DNA of 63,936 nucleotides, counting the filler, from an uncultured Ignavibacteriales bacterium (GTDB lineage: Bacteria > Zixibacteria > MSB-5A5 > GN15 > JAAZOE01): the NCBI GenBank assembly GCA_964611355.1. It is 3 parts of 3 records of this genome, joined end to end, with 100 filler letters (N's around TTAATTAATTAA, not from the genome) between each part and the next. Parts side by side here need not be neighbours in the genome. Positions count along the whole stretch, not along the records: positions 1 to 30,763 come from CAZSYD010000028.1; 2 more parts are not named here. One strand, written 5' to 3'. A program made the translations under genes and the position numbers. Below, one piece after another: positions 17,782 to 28,341 of the stretch. A model generated the notes under the pieces. That model worked only from the letters and a program-made list of their open reading frames with translations, was not told the origin of the DNA and searched no databases. Every line of letters starts with the position of its first letter. The stretch's first letter is position 1.

Positions 17782-18384
17782 ATGACGCTGATACCAATGG
17801 TAGTCGAAACGACTGGGCGGGGCGAAAGAGCTTATGATATTTACTCCCGCCTGCTCAAAGATCGAATTATTTTTGTCGGGGCGCCGATTGACGACAACAT
17901 AGCCAATCTGGTTATAGCCCAGATGCTTTTTCTGGAGGCGGAAGATCCCGGCAAGGATATCTTTCTGTATATCAATACGCCGGGCGGTTCGGTTACGGCC
18001 GGCATGGCGATATATGACACGATGCAGTTTGTCAAGCCGGATATCGTGACCACCTGTATGGGGATGGCCGCTTCGATGGGCGCTTTTCTCCTGGCCGCCG
18101 GTACCAAAGGTAAACGGGCCGCGTTGCCGAATTCCCGGATCATGATTCATCAACCGATGGGCGGTACGCAGGGCCAGATTTCCGATGTCGAGATTATGAC
18201 CCGCGAATTCGCCAGCATGAAAAAGCGACTCAACGAACTTCTGGTCAAGCATACCGGCCAACCGCTGGAAAAGGTCGAGGCCGACACCGACCGAAATTTC
18301 TTTATGTCGCCTGATGAGGCCAGGGAGTATGGCCTTATTGACAAGGTTTATGTGCTTGAGCCAAAGGGCAAAGATAAAAAGTAG
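17782..18384 (+). CDS. clpP: ATP-dependent Clp protease proteolytic subunit
   Basis: [37 protein letters not shown]. Confidence 0.97.
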   Translation: MTLIPMVVETTGRGERAYDIYSRLLKDRIIFVGAPIDDNIANLVIAQMLFLEAEDPGKDIFLYINTPGGSVTAGMAIYDTMQFVKPDIVTTCMGMAASMGAFLLAAGTKGKRAALPNSRIMIHQPMGGTQGQISDVEIMTREFASMKKRLNELLVKHTGQPLEKVEADTDRNFFMSPDEAREYGLIDKVYVLEPKGKDKK

Positions 18385-18396
18385 GCTGTCATAAAC

Positions 18397-19650
18397 GTGG
18401 ATAATAATTCCAAAACGCGGGGGCCGATAGAGCGTTGCTCTTTCTGCGGCAAACCGGCCACCCAGGTAAAAAGGCTTTTTTCCGGCTACCAGGCGTATAT
18501 TTGCAACAACTGCGTCGCTCTCTGCAATGATCTGATGGCCGCCGCTCCGGAAACGGAAGAAACTCCCAAAGATTTCAAGATCCCGTACCCGGCTGAAATA
18601 AAAGATTTTCTCGATCAGTACGTTATTGACCAGGAGGAGTCAAAACGGACGGTGTCGGTGGCGGTCTATAACCATTACAAGCGAATCCAGGCCAAAAAGC
18701 TTACCGACGAAGTAGAACTGGAAAAATCGAATATCCTGCTTCTCGGTCCGACCGGCACCGGCAAGACACTGATTGCCCACACCCTGGCCAAATTCCTGTC
18801 GGTCCCGTTCACCATTGCCGACGCAACGGTTCTGACCGAGGCCGGGTATGTCGGCGAGGATGTCGAAAATATCCTGGTGCGCCTGTTTCAGGCGGCCAAC
18901 TATGACCCGCGCAAAACCGAACTGGGGATTATCTACATTGACGAGATCGATAAGATCTCACGAACCGACGGCAACCCATCGATCACTCGCGACGTTTCCG
19001 GCGAGGGCGTCCAGCAGGCATTATTAAAGATTCTCGAAGGCACGGTGGCCAACATCCCGCCCAAGGGAGGGCGCAAGCACCCGGAACAAACCTTCGTTCA
19101 AATCGATACCCGCAATATTCTTTTCATATGCGGCGGAGCCTTTGAAGGGCTCGATAAAATCATCGCCCGCCGGACAGGCAAGAAAACGGTAGGGTTTGAA
19201 GCCAGGAAAATCGCGCTGGATGACGATGAGACCAAGCTGTTGAGCAACGTCGAACCGGCCGATCTGCTCGAGTATGGCCTTATCCCCGAACTTATCGGCC
19301 GCCTGGCCGTGGTCAGCGCACTGCGGCCGCTTTCCGAGAAAGCCCTGTTCAGCATTCTGACCGAACCGAAGAATGCCTTGGCCAAGCAGTATCAAAGGCT
19401 TTTCGAGATTGACGGCATAAAACTCCATTTCGAACGATCGGCGCTCAAAGCAGCCGTGTCCGAGGCGGTTAAACGTAAAACCGGCGCGCGGTCGCTGCGC
19501 TCCATTTTTGAAGCGGCCATGCTGGATATTATGTTCGAGGCCCCGACCACCGCCAATCTGGAAGAAGTTGTCATCACCGATAAGGTAATCAGACGTACAG
19601 GCAAGCCGGTATATAAGTATAAATCGAAAAAAAGCAAAAAATCTGCTTGA
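18397..19650 (+). CDS. clpX: ATP-dependent Clp protease ATP-binding subunit ClpX
   Basis: CSFCGK zinc finger, [34 protein letters not shown]. Confidence 0.97.
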   Translation: MDNNSKTRGPIERCSFCGKPATQVKRLFSGYQAYICNNCVALCNDLMAAAPETEETPKDFKIPYPAEIKDFLDQYVIDQEESKRTVSVAVYNHYKRIQAKKLTDEVELEKSNILLLGPTGTGKTLIAHTLAKFLSVPFTIADATVLTEAGYVGEDVENILVRLFQAANYDPRKTELGIIYIDEIDKISRTDGNPSITRDVSGEGVQQALLKILEGTVANIPPKGGRKHPEQTFVQIDTRNILFICGGAFEGLDKIIARRTGKKTVGFEARKIALDDDETKLLSNVEPADLLEYGLIPELIGRLAVVSALRPLSEKALFSILTEPKNALAKQYQRLFEIDGIKLHFERSALKAAVSEAVKRKTGARSLRSIFEAAMLDIMFEAPTTANLEEVVITDKVIRRTGKPVYKYKSKKSKKSA

Positions 19651-19728
19651 GAAAATCCCAACCAACTGTGAAATTGCCGCTCTCCGGACGGCTTAGGCTG
19701 TTGATAAAACCCGTGCCGGGGAATATCT

Positions 19729-20592
19729 CTATTGCACCCGGCAGATGAAAACCCGGTCGATATCGTTTAAGTCCCTGAGGAGCGAGCAATCGGTATAACG
19801 GCTGTCGCTTCCGACTATTTCAAACAGTTCCTGCGATTGGTCGTATCCGATTTCAAAAATAAGAAACCCGGGCGAACATAGATGATCCGGCGCAAAGCGG
19901 ATCAAACGCTCGATAACATCCAGCCCTTTTTCTCCCGCCAACAAAGATTTTTTTGGATCGGCTTTTACTTCGGGCGGAAGCGATTCGTATTCGCCGTCGG
20001 CGATATAAGGCGGATTGGAGGCGATGATATCAAACTTTTCGCTTTTATCCAGGGCTTCGAAAAGATCGGACTCGATGAATCTAATCTTGTCTTCAACGTC
20101 GAAGCGGGCGGCGTTTTGCCGGGCTACGTCGAGGGACTGGGCAGATATATCTGATGCGGTGACATCAAGATTTTCATTTTCTAGTTTGGTCGAAATCGCC
20201 ACCACACCCGAACCGGTGCCGACATCAAGGAGCCTGACGGGGTCTGATGCGAGTTGCCGCGCCGCTCGAAGAACAGAATCAAGAAGAAGTTCGGTTTCAG
20301 GACAGGGAACCATAACCGATTCATCGACAAGAAATTTCCGACCGAAAAACCAGACCGATCCGAGGATATACTGCAGGGGATAACGGGTCAGACGCTTCTG
20401 GATAATACCGTTAAACTTTGCCGTCAACTCGTCATCTATAAGCGACGGGCCGCGCAGATATAACTCCAGGCGGTCAACTTCAAGCAATTCGCATAGAATT
20501 ATTTCAGCTTCAGCGGCGCCGGTCTCGATGCCGACGCTTTGGAGTTTTTCTGCTGCTTTGGATATCAGGGAATTAATGTTTACTTTTGGCAT
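19729..20592 (-). CDS. prmC: Release factor glutamine methyltransferase
   Basis: YPLQYILG, PCPETELL, LDVGTGSG, SNPPY, EIGYDQ; ATG at 20592 overlaps the upstream TAA. Confidence 0.92.
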   Translation of the reverse strand: MPKVNINSLISKAAEKLQSVGIETGAAEAEIILCELLEVDRLELYLRGPSLIDDELTAKFNGIIQKRLTRYPLQYILGSVWFFGRKFLVDESVMVPCPETELLLDSVLRAARQLASDPVRLLDVGTGSGVVAISTKLENENLDVTASDISAQSLDVARQNAARFDVEDKIRFIESDLFEALDKSEKFDIIASNPPYIADGEYESLPPEVKADPKKSLLAGEKGLDVIERLIRFAPDHLCSPGFLIFEIGYDQSQELFEIVGSDSRYTDCSLLRDLNDIDRVFICRVQ

Positions 20593-20822
20593 TAAAGATT
20601 TTCGGGAAGCTGCGCGCCGCCGCCGGTCCAGATATCGACCAATTCGGGTTGAAAAGCGCATCCTGATTTCTTGTGGCCGTGCAGGCGAAACACTGGGCGT
20701 ATTCTATTCCCTGCCTTTGGGGCAGTCTTGATGGCCATAGCCGTGTCGGCCATAGAGAGCGGCATAACGGCGCCGGCGGCCAGAATGGCTGAAAGCCTGA
20801 TAAACTCCCTCCGGCTTAACAT
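20592..20822 (-). CDS. 76-aa protein with twin-arginine (Tat) signal peptide
   Basis: MLSRREFIRLSAILAAGAVMPLSMADTAMA...; GGGAGGGG RBS; start overlaps the tldE stop, stop overlaps the prmC start (TAATG). Confidence 0.65.
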   Translation of the reverse strand: MLSRREFIRLSAILAAGAVMPLSMADTAMAIKTAPKAGNRIRPVFRLHGHKKSGCAFQPELVDIWTGGGAQLPENL

Positions 20823-22180
20823 TTCCCCTCCCATTCTTCTTTGGTTTCCTGCACAAGGTTAAAGTTATTTGTTTTCATCGCCGGTACCAGAAGAAGCGAA
20901 GTAAACTGCGGATAGACGACTCTTTTTTTCGAGATCATCTCGACGTCGGCAAAAGCTTCCAGTATCGACTGGTTGGTGCGCATGTTTTTTATCGCCGGGC
21001 CGACCTTTCCGTTTTCAATCAAAAAGGTCCCGTCAAAGGTGGTGCCGGTTATCATGGTGCGCATCGGGTTGAGAAAATTGATATACCAGAAGTGGGTGAT
21101 AAGCACGCCTTTCTCGGTCGAGGCGATCATTTCATCAAGTGTTTTATTCCCCGGCGCCAGGGCCAGGCTTTTAGGGTACGGTCCGTAGCTGTTATCGGGC
21201 GGCAGGGCATGCCCGGTCGGCGATTCGCCCATTATATTGGCGTAGTAGCTGTCGTAAGCGGCTTCTCCGGCCCGGCCGTGATCAATAGGCGTAATTCGCT
21301 TTTTGGCGATGCCCTCGTAGTCGAAAAGCAGGTTTCCAAAAGCCGGGTTGTCGGGTTCGTCGGTGATGGTGATGTTTTCGCCGGTGATGAGTTCCCCTTT
21401 TTTGCCCGACAGGAAAGAACGCCTTTGCATCATCGTCCTGCCGCCGAAACCCAAAAATCCAAGGAAAAGCAGCAGTTGTCCCACGGCGGGCGGCTCAAGA
21501 ATAACCGTATATTGACCGTCCGGCAGGGCGATTGGATTGATGTTTTTCAGGGCTTTGTCAATGGCCGTGTTTGCAGTCAATCGGTAATCAATCCCGGTCG
21601 GATCAGGATTAAATCCGATGGCGTACCCGGACTGTTCCCCCTTGCCCACGATGGTCAGCGACAGTTCGCTTTTTCCGTATCGACCGAACTGCGTCACGCC
21701 GAGAGAATTGGCTATGGCCACGGTGTTAATATCGTGCCGGAAAGCTCCCGAGGCTCCCAGCCCATTTTCCCCGGCCGACGCCGCCACCGAAGCAACTGCG
21801 TCAGCCATATCTCTGGGGCTGTAAGAAAGATTCGGTTTAGCCGTAACCGTTTTATCCAGAGACGGAGCGATTTTTAAGTCAGGAAAAGAAACAAATCGTT
21901 CGTCCGGCTTTTGCACCTGACTTATCTGAAACGCCGATGAAACAACTTCTTTAATTCCCGACGGGCTGAGGTCATTGGTGGAAACGACACCGACCTTTTT
22001 ATCCTTTACGGCGCTGACAATCAACCGCGTCTCTTCTTGGGATATATTCTGGTTTATCACCGATTCGGCAAAACGGGTCAAGTATGTCGTTTCCCCTGTC
22101 AGTACGACTTCGGTCTGGTCGGCTTTTGAGTGGTTGAGGGCCGTTTGCAGAATATCAAGCGCCTGCGTTTTTTCGATCAT
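20816..22180 (-). CDS. tldE: TldE/PmbA family protein
   Basis: LTRFAESVINQN, YTVILEPPAV, FDYEG, TGHA, GTFLIENGK, NMRTNQS; no HExxxH. Confidence 0.85.
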   Translation of the reverse strand: MIEKTQALDILQTALNHSKADQTEVVLTGETTYLTRFAESVINQNISQEETRLIVSAVKDKKVGVVSTNDLSPSGIKEVVSSAFQISQVQKPDERFVSFPDLKIAPSLDKTVTAKPNLSYSPRDMADAVASVAASAGENGLGASGAFRHDINTVAIANSLGVTQFGRYGKSELSLTIVGKGEQSGYAIGFNPDPTGIDYRLTANTAIDKALKNINPIALPDGQYTVILEPPAVGQLLLFLGFLGFGGRTMMQRRSFLSGKKGELITGENITITDEPDNPAFGNLLFDYEGIAKKRITPIDHGRAGEAAYDSYYANIMGESPTGHALPPDNSYGPYPKSLALAPGNKTLDEMIASTEKGVLITHFWYINFLNPMRTMITGTTFDGTFLIENGKVGPAIKNMRTNQSILEAFADVEMISKKRVVYPQFTSLLLVPAMKTNNFNLVQETKEEWEGKC

Positions 22181-23625
22181 GATCTACCCCCCCCCACCTC
22201 GATGTTGGCAAAGCGGGTAACGGAAGCTCCTTCGCCGGTGCGAGCCGTTTGCCCCGGCTGGCCTTTGCCGCAGTTGGGAGTGCCCCATAACCTGAATTGC
22301 GACGCATCGCCGATCGCTTCGCAACTGTTCCAGAACAATGTAGTGCATCCCGAAAATGTCGGGTTTTTAACCACTCCGGCCAGTTTACCGTTTTTTATCT
22401 CCCAGCCGATTTCGCAGCCGAACTGAAAATTCTTGCGCAGGTCGTCAATCGACCACGAGGTCGGATTGGACATATAGATGCCGTTGTCCGTTTCGCCGAT
22501 AATCTGGTCGAAGGTTTTATCGCCCGGCTCAAGGATGGTGTTGCACATTCTCACGATCGGGATGTTCTGCCAGCCCTGGGCGCGCATCGCGCCGGTCGAA
22601 TTTTTTCCCACCCGCGCCGCCGTTTCCCGCGACGACAGGTAGTTTTTCATTATTCCGTCTTTGATTAAATAGGTCTTGCGGCTTTTGACGCCTTCATCGT
22701 CCCAGCCGAACGATCCCAAGCCATGCGGTGAAGTGGCATCGTTGATAACATTGACGATATCCGAACCATATTGCAGGGTATCGAGGTTTTCCGGCGTGGC
22801 GAATGACATACCGGAGAAGTTGCGTTCCATGCCGAACACCCGGTCCAGTTCCAGAGCGTGGCCGATCGACTCGTGAATAACCAGCGCCGTGATATTGCTG
22901 TCCAGTGCCAGCGTGGTCGTTTTCTTCGGACAGGGCGGAGCGGTCAGAAGCATTTTGACTTCTTCCACCAGCCGGGGGATGTGCTTTTTCATTTCCAGTT
23001 CAGTCAGGAGTTCATATCCTTTTGTTTCATACTGGCCCGATGAACGGGGAAATGACCGTTCGGCCCGTTCCCTGCGGGATTTAGCCTGACCCAGGGTCAG
23101 TCCGGCGCCGGTTTGAACAAGCGTCTGGCGCAGTTCGCTTCCTTCCGATGAAAAAAACCATTTCTCGATTTTATGGAACTCATCGAAACAACTGCGGGTG
23201 TTTATGTCCTTATATTGCGCCATGGTATTATCGATGTCGGAGAGAAACTCTATCTTATCGTCGAGCGGAACGGTGAATGGGTCGGTCTTGTGCGGCGAGA
23301 TGAATTCGCCGATCTCAGGTTTTGACGGAGTGAACTCGACCGGTTCTTTCATTACCCTGGCGGACGCCCGTGCAATACCGGCGGCGCGATTCACAAGCTT
23401 ATCAATTGAAAGAGTCGGGTCGTCGGAGGAGGCAAAACCCCACGCCCCGTCGATTAGAAGCCGCACCGCCCAGCCGGCCGAATATGAATTTTCGATCGGG
23501 TCGGGTTCGCCGTCGGAAAACGAGAGCGATTGATCGCGCAGTATTTCGTACCTGATGTCGCAATACGAGGCTTTTTTCAGCGACGCCGCCACCAGCCCGT
23601 CCATGGCGATTTTTTTGATGTCCAT
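22177..23625 (-). CDS. tldD: TldD family metalloprotease
   Basis: GAWGFASS, IHESIGHALELDR (HExxxH), DDEG, PIVRMCNT, CGKGQPGQ. Confidence 0.9.
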   Translation of the reverse strand: MDIKKIAMDGLVAASLKKASYCDIRYEILRDQSLSFSDGEPDPIENSYSAGWAVRLLIDGAWGFASSDDPTLSIDKLVNRAAGIARASARVMKEPVEFTPSKPEIGEFISPHKTDPFTVPLDDKIEFLSDIDNTMAQYKDINTRSCFDEFHKIEKWFFSSEGSELRQTLVQTGAGLTLGQAKSRRERAERSFPRSSGQYETKGYELLTELEMKKHIPRLVEEVKMLLTAPPCPKKTTTLALDSNITALVIHESIGHALELDRVFGMERNFSGMSFATPENLDTLQYGSDIVNVINDATSPHGLGSFGWDDEGVKSRKTYLIKDGIMKNYLSSRETAARVGKNSTGAMRAQGWQNIPIVRMCNTILEPGDKTFDQIIGETDNGIYMSNPTSWSIDDLRKNFQFGCEIGWEIKNGKLAGVVKNPTFSGCTTLFWNSCEAIGDASQFRLWGTPNCGKGQPGQTARTGEGASVTRFANIEVGGGRS

Positions 23626-23842
23626 GCCTGTTTCATACCTGTAGAGGTCATATTTTGGCTCACAATTTAACCAAAACGGTGGGGATAGTCAAAGATAGAA
23701 TTAGGCGTGTCAAGGCAAAACAAAAGCCAATCGAGAATCAAATCCGTTTCGCATAATTCCGATATATGGAAAACAGGGCCATTCTATTTAATAGCCTCAA
23801 AAACCACCCTTTCGAAATTTTTGCAGAATCGGAATATTTTTC

Positions 23843-23870
23843 TTGACAACCTGTTCCGGTTTATTATATT
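23843..23870 (+). promoter_or_regulatory. Sigma70-type promoter
   Basis: TTGACA (23843-23848)-N16-TATATT (23865-23870). Confidence 0.55.
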
Positions 23871-23875
23871 GCAAA

Positions 23876-23951
23876 TGCAATGGAAAGTGTTGCATAGTGG
23901 ATTCTTCCTAACATCGTCATCCCAGACTGTCTTTTCAGTCTGGGATTTTTT
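23876..23951 (+). ncRNA. Candidate ~75-nt small RNA
   Basis: Bounded by its own promoter and a strong terminator; 5' hairpin ATGCAA/TTGCAT; no credible ORF. Confidence 0.45.
23919..23951 (+). terminator. Rho-independent terminator
   Basis: ATCCCAGACTG-TCTTTT-CAGTCTGGGAT followed by a T tract. Confidence 0.8.
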
Positions 23952-24089
23952 ATTGGAGTAAATAAATTACCGGCTCAGGTCGCAATTATTAACGCCCTAT
24001 ATGATTTCCTCTCATCGTCGGCATAACCCGCTCGTTCAATTGTAAATGCGGCTCTCCGGCTAACCTGTTTATCATTCCTTTTTCCGGGC

Positions 24090-24118
24090 TTGACAGGTTT
24101 CATATCCGGTTGTACCTT
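24090..24118 (+). promoter_or_regulatory. Sigma70-type promoter of the pgsA-recA operon
   Basis: TTGACA-N17-TACCTT. Confidence 0.5.
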
Positions 24119-24141
24119 TTCACCCTGATTGTGAGAACCGT

Positions 24142-24729
24142 ATGAACACTCCCAATAAGCTGACAATATCCAGAATCATCCTATCGCCCGTTTTTATGGT
24201 TTTCTTTCTCATGGATAACGTTTACTGCCGCGTTCTATCACTCATAATCTTTACCGTGGCGGCGCTGACCGACATCTGGGACGGCCACCTGGCCCGCAAG
24301 TACGGCATTGTCACCGGCTTCGGCAAGTTCATGGATCCGCTGGCCGATAAAATCCTGACATCAACCGCTTTTGTTTCTTTTATCGCCCTGGGATATGTCC
24401 AAGCCTGGATGATCATGATGATTCTCATCAGGGAGTTTCTTATTACCGGGCTGCGCTCCCTGGCCGCTTACCGGGGAATGGTAATATCTCCGACCATGTC
24501 GGCCAAATTCAAAACGGTTCTCCAGATGGTTTCGATCGTGGCTATTTTGCTCTATATCAATCTGAAAACCATCTTTGAGGCGTCCGGATACACCGGCGAT
24601 TTTTTTGAAAACAAACTGATAACCGGGATTTTCGATTGGATGATTCTGGTAACCATGGTCATTACGGTATTGACCGGTATTGACTATCTTGTCAAGAACG
24701 GATCGATAATAAAGGCGGTATTGAAGTAA
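24142..24729 (+). CDS. pgsA: CDP-diacylglycerol--glycerol-3-phosphate 3-phosphatidyltransferase
   Basis: PNKLTISRI, TDIWDGHLARK...FGKFMDPLADK, IREFLITGLR. Confidence 0.93.
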   Translation: MNTPNKLTISRIILSPVFMVFFLMDNVYCRVLSLIIFTVAALTDIWDGHLARKYGIVTGFGKFMDPLADKILTSTAFVSFIALGYVQAWMIMMILIREFLITGLRSLAAYRGMVISPTMSAKFKTVLQMVSIVAILLYINLKTIFEASGYTGDFFENKLITGIFDWMILVTMVITVLTGIDYLVKNGSIIKAVLK

Positions 24730-25194
24730 ATGAGACATCTTGCAAAGTTTATCGCCACCGGAGCTTATTCCGGCTATTTCCCGCTGGCGTCGGGGACTTT
24801 CGGCACAATCCCGGCCTGGGTTATTGCCTGGTTCTTTTTGGGAAATAAATATATCCTGTTGGCGGCCGCGATCGTCGCATTCGTTTTGTCGGTCTGGTCG
24901 TCGGGACATTGCGAAAAAGATTTGGGGCACGATTCCAAAAAGATAGTTATCGACGAATGGGCCGGGATGTTTGTCTCGCTCCTGTTTTTGCCGTATCGTC
25001 TTGACGTATACATCGCCGCCTTTTTATTTTTCAGGTTCTACGATGTGATTAAACCGTACCCGGCCGGGCGATGCGAATCGCTTCCGGGCGGATTGGGCGT
25101 CACCATGGATGATATTTTTGCCGGTATTTATGCCAACCTGACGAGTTGGTTATGTATCTTTGCCCTTGGGCAATTGGGATGGTTCGGCTTTTAG
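24730..25194 (+). CDS. pgpA: Phosphatidylglycerophosphatase A
   Basis: SGTFGT, HDSKKIVIDEWAG, FRFYDVIKPYP, GGLGVTMDD. Confidence 0.92.
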   Translation: MRHLAKFIATGAYSGYFPLASGTFGTIPAWVIAWFFLGNKYILLAAAIVAFVLSVWSSGHCEKDLGHDSKKIVIDEWAGMFVSLLFLPYRLDVYIAAFLFFRFYDVIKPYPAGRCESLPGGLGVTMDDIFAGIYANLTSWLCIFALGQLGWFGF

Positions 25195-25218
25195 GCTCCC
25201 TTATCGGGATCGGGAGTA

Positions 25219-26466
25219 ATGATAATGATAGCGGAAATTCTGACCATAGGTGATGAGCTTCTCCGTGGCTTCCGGCCTGACACCAACTCCGCTTTTCTGG
25301 CCGAGCGGCTTGATTCGATCGGTATTGAGGTCAGGTATAAATCGACCACCGGTGACAACATGGAAATGCTGGAGGAAGCCGTTAGTCTGGCCCTGAGGCG
25401 AGCCGATCTTGTCGTCACCACCGGCGGCCTGGGCCCGACTGACGACGATATTACCAAAAGGGCTATCTGCAAAGTTTTCAAGCGCAACCTGGTTTTTCAC
25501 GAAGAGATCCTCGAGAGCCTCAATAAGAGATTTGCCGCCCGGGGCGTCAAAATGCCGGCGATTAATCAGAATCAGGCTCTTCTACCACAGGGGGCCCGGT
25601 TTCTGCCGAATAAAATAGGTTCCGCCCTGGGAATTATAATCGATGAACATGGGAGGTTTTTCTGCGCCATGCCGGGCGTACCCCGGGAAATGGTAATCAT
25701 GACCGACGAAGAACTTATTCCGCTTCTTAAAGACCGGGTCGGTAAATTAATAACTGTTCGTCGCCGGATTCGAACGACCGGAATAATGGAATCGACTATG
25801 GCGGAAAAAATCAGGCCCGCCGTCAAAATAGCCGAAGGCGTCAAAATAGCTTACCTGCCATCCTGCCGAGGCCTCGATCTTTGTATCAAGGGGAGCGGAA
25901 CTATCCGGGAAGAAGTTCAATTGGGAGTAGATCTTTTGGCCGAGAAAATACGAAACCTTGTGGGCGAATATATATACACCGAAGATGACCGCGAAATGGA
26001 AGAGGTACTCGGCGAGTTGTTGGTCGAAAAAGGGAAAACCCTGGCCACCGCCGAATCATGCACCGGCGGGCTTTTGGGCGGAAGAATAACCGCCGTATCC
26101 GGCTCTTCGCGCTATTATATCGGCGGCACGATCGCCTATGCCAACGAGGCAAAGATTAATCAACTCGGCGTCCCGCGGGAAACCATCGAGAAGTTCGGGG
26201 CGGTTTCAGGCGAGACCGCCAAGGCGATGGCCAAAGGCGTCATCCGGGTTTTTAGCGCCGATATTGGCGTGGCCATTACCGGTATTGCCGGGCCGACCGG
26301 CGGCACAGACGAAAAACCTGTCGGAACGATTTTTATCGGTCTGGCGACCCCGGAAAAGAAAATCGCCCGGAAATTCCTGATGGGGGCGGATCGTGAGATT
26401 AACCGCGAGCGGTCGGTTACGACCGCTCTTGATATGGTTAGAAGATTGCTTTTGGGAACTCTATAG
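25219..26466 (+). CDS. cinA: Competence/damage-inducible protein CinA (MoCF-like plus NMN deamidase domain)
   Basis: IGDELL, DTNS, GGLGPTDDDIT, PGVPREM, AESCTGG, TGIAGPTGG. Confidence 0.93.
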   Translation: MIMIAEILTIGDELLRGFRPDTNSAFLAERLDSIGIEVRYKSTTGDNMEMLEEAVSLALRRADLVVTTGGLGPTDDDITKRAICKVFKRNLVFHEEILESLNKRFAARGVKMPAINQNQALLPQGARFLPNKIGSALGIIIDEHGRFFCAMPGVPREMVIMTDEELIPLLKDRVGKLITVRRRIRTTGIMESTMAEKIRPAVKIAEGVKIAYLPSCRGLDLCIKGSGTIREEVQLGVDLLAEKIRNLVGEYIYTEDDREMEEVLGELLVEKGKTLATAESCTGGLLGGRITAVSGSSRYYIGGTIAYANEAKINQLGVPRETIEKFGAVSGETAKAMAKGVIRVFSADIGVAITGIAGPTGGTDEKPVGTIFIGLATPEKKIARKFLMGADREINRERSVTTALDMVRRLLLGTL

Positions 26467-26549
26467 AAAAATGTGATATCGCCGGGACAGTTTAATCAGC
26501 TAATTGGGTGAGGGTAACCCGACGAAGTCAACCGGGGCAGGGAATTAGC

Positions 26550-27110
26550 ATGGTAAGACTTTTTATAGCGTTGATCCTTCCTGATGAGATCAAACAGAAA
26601 CTGGGAACGCTTATTGCCGATTTGAAGCCGCGAACTGCTGCTATCAGGTGGGTTGTATCCCAAAACATGCATTTAACGCTCAAATTTATCGGCGAAAGAC
26701 CGGAAGAGGACATTGAGCCGATTACAGCCGCCCTTGAGGAAGCGGTTCTGGGTCGGGGTAAGTTTGAAGTACAGATCAAAAAATGCGGCGGCTTCCCCAA
26801 CCTGAGAAACCCCCGTGTCCTCTGGGTCGGGATTGAAGGAGCCGAGTCGGCGGTCGAGATAGCCTGCGAGATTAACAAAAAGCTGGTTCCGCTTGGAATT
26901 GAAGCCGACAAGCGGCCTTTTTCACCGCATCTGACGCTGGGACGAATAAAAAAGAAAATAAAGCCCGATATGTCGCCGCTGGCTTCGTACATGGAAAGCT
27001 TGAATTTTGACGGCGGATCGACTATATTAGATAGGGTGGGGCTGGTAAAATCAACCCTGACTCCCGGCGGTCCCATTTATGAAAATTTGGAAGTTTTTGA
27101 GCTTGAATAG
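26550..27110 (+). CDS. thpR: RNA 2',3'-cyclic phosphodiesterase (2H family)
   Basis: [30 protein letters not shown]. Confidence 0.9.
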   Translation: MVRLFIALILPDEIKQKLGTLIADLKPRTAAIRWVVSQNMHLTLKFIGERPEEDIEPITAALEEAVLGRGKFEVQIKKCGGFPNLRNPRVLWVGIEGAESAVEIACEINKKLVPLGIEADKRPFSPHLTLGRIKKKIKPDMSPLASYMESLNFDGGSTILDRVGLVKSTLTPGGPIYENLEVFELE

Positions 27111-27121
27111 AGGTAAAAGCC

Positions 27122-28162
27122 ATGGTTACTCAGGTACCTGATCAGAAAAAAGCGCTGGAGGCGGCGATCGTCCAGATCGAAAAGCAGTTCGGCAAAGGGT
27201 CAATAATGAAACTTGGCTCTGACGACGTAGCCACCGGGCTGGATGTGATTCCGAGCGGATCACTCGGCCTCGACATCGCCCTCAGTGTCGGCGGCTATCC
27301 CCGCGGTCGGTTTATCGAAATCTTCGGCCCCGAATCCTCCGGCAAAACCACCCTTGCGCTTCATGCCATCGCCGAAACCCAGAAGCTTGGAGGGACAGCG
27401 GCTTTCGTCGACGCCGAGCATGCTCTTGACCCGAATTATTCCAAAGCGCTGGGAGTCGATCTCGATAACCTGCTTATAGCTCAGCCCGACACCGGTGAGC
27501 AGGCTTTGGAAATCGTCGAAACGCTGGTTCGCTCCGGCGCCGTCGATATGGTCGTGATCGACTCGGTGGCGGCTCTTGTGCCGCGTGCCGAAATCGAGGG
27601 CGAGATGGGTGATTCACATATGGGCCTGCAGGCCCGGCTGATGTCGCAGGCAATGCGCAAGCTGGCCGGGGTTATCTCAAAATCTCATTCCTGCGTTATA
27701 TTCATCAATCAGATCAGGATGAAAATCGGGGTGATGTTCGGCAACCCGGAAACGACCACCGGCGGCAATGCCTTGAAGTTCTACTCCACCATCCGCCTTG
27801 ATATCCGCAAGATCGCCACTATCAAGGATACCGACAGCGTCGTCGGCAACCGAACCCGTGTCAGGGTAGTCAAAAACAAAGTCGCCCCGCCTTTCCGGGA
27901 GACTGAGTTTGATATTATTTATGGAACCGGTATTTCCCATTTGGGTGAGATTCTCGATATCGGCGTCAGGGAAAATATCGTCGAAAAATCCGGGGCCTGG
28001 TTTTCGTACGGCAGCGACCGCCTGGGGCAGGGCCGCGAGAATGTCAAACGCTTCCTGGAAGACAACGCCGACATAGCCAAGGCCATCGAAAGGGATATCA
28101 AGGCCAAATTAGGACTCGCGGGCAAGACAGTCTCCGAAGAGAAAGAAAAATCGTCAGGATAA
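27122..28162 (+). CDS. recA: Recombinase RecA
   Basis: [45 protein letters not shown]. Confidence 0.98.
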   Translation: MVTQVPDQKKALEAAIVQIEKQFGKGSIMKLGSDDVATGLDVIPSGSLGLDIALSVGGYPRGRFIEIFGPESSGKTTLALHAIAETQKLGGTAAFVDAEHALDPNYSKALGVDLDNLLIAQPDTGEQALEIVETLVRSGAVDMVVIDSVAALVPRAEIEGEMGDSHMGLQARLMSQAMRKLAGVISKSHSCVIFINQIRMKIGVMFGNPETTTGGNALKFYSTIRLDIRKIATIKDTDSVVGNRTRVRVVKNKVAPPFRETEFDIIYGTGISHLGEILDIGVRENIVEKSGAWFSYGSDRLGQGRENVKRFLEDNADIAKAIERDIKAKLGLAGKTVSEEKEKSSG

Positions 28163-28265
28163 CGGCAATCCCGTTTACCTGCTGCCCGAAATACCCCGGT
28201 TCTCAATCGAGAAGCATTCCTTGCACATAACCGGCATATAATATTTTGCTTTCGCCTTATGAGAG

Positions 28266-28292
28266 TAAGTTATATCTCTCTCAGTCCGATAT
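28266..28292 (+). promoter_or_regulatory. Sigma28 (FliA/SigD)-type promoter
   Basis: TAAG-N15-TCCGATAT versus consensus TAAA-N15-GCCGATAA. Confidence 0.5.
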
Positions 28293-28341
28293 ATAATACG
28301 TAGATTTTACCGCCACGCCTCGAAAGACGAGAGAGGAAAAG

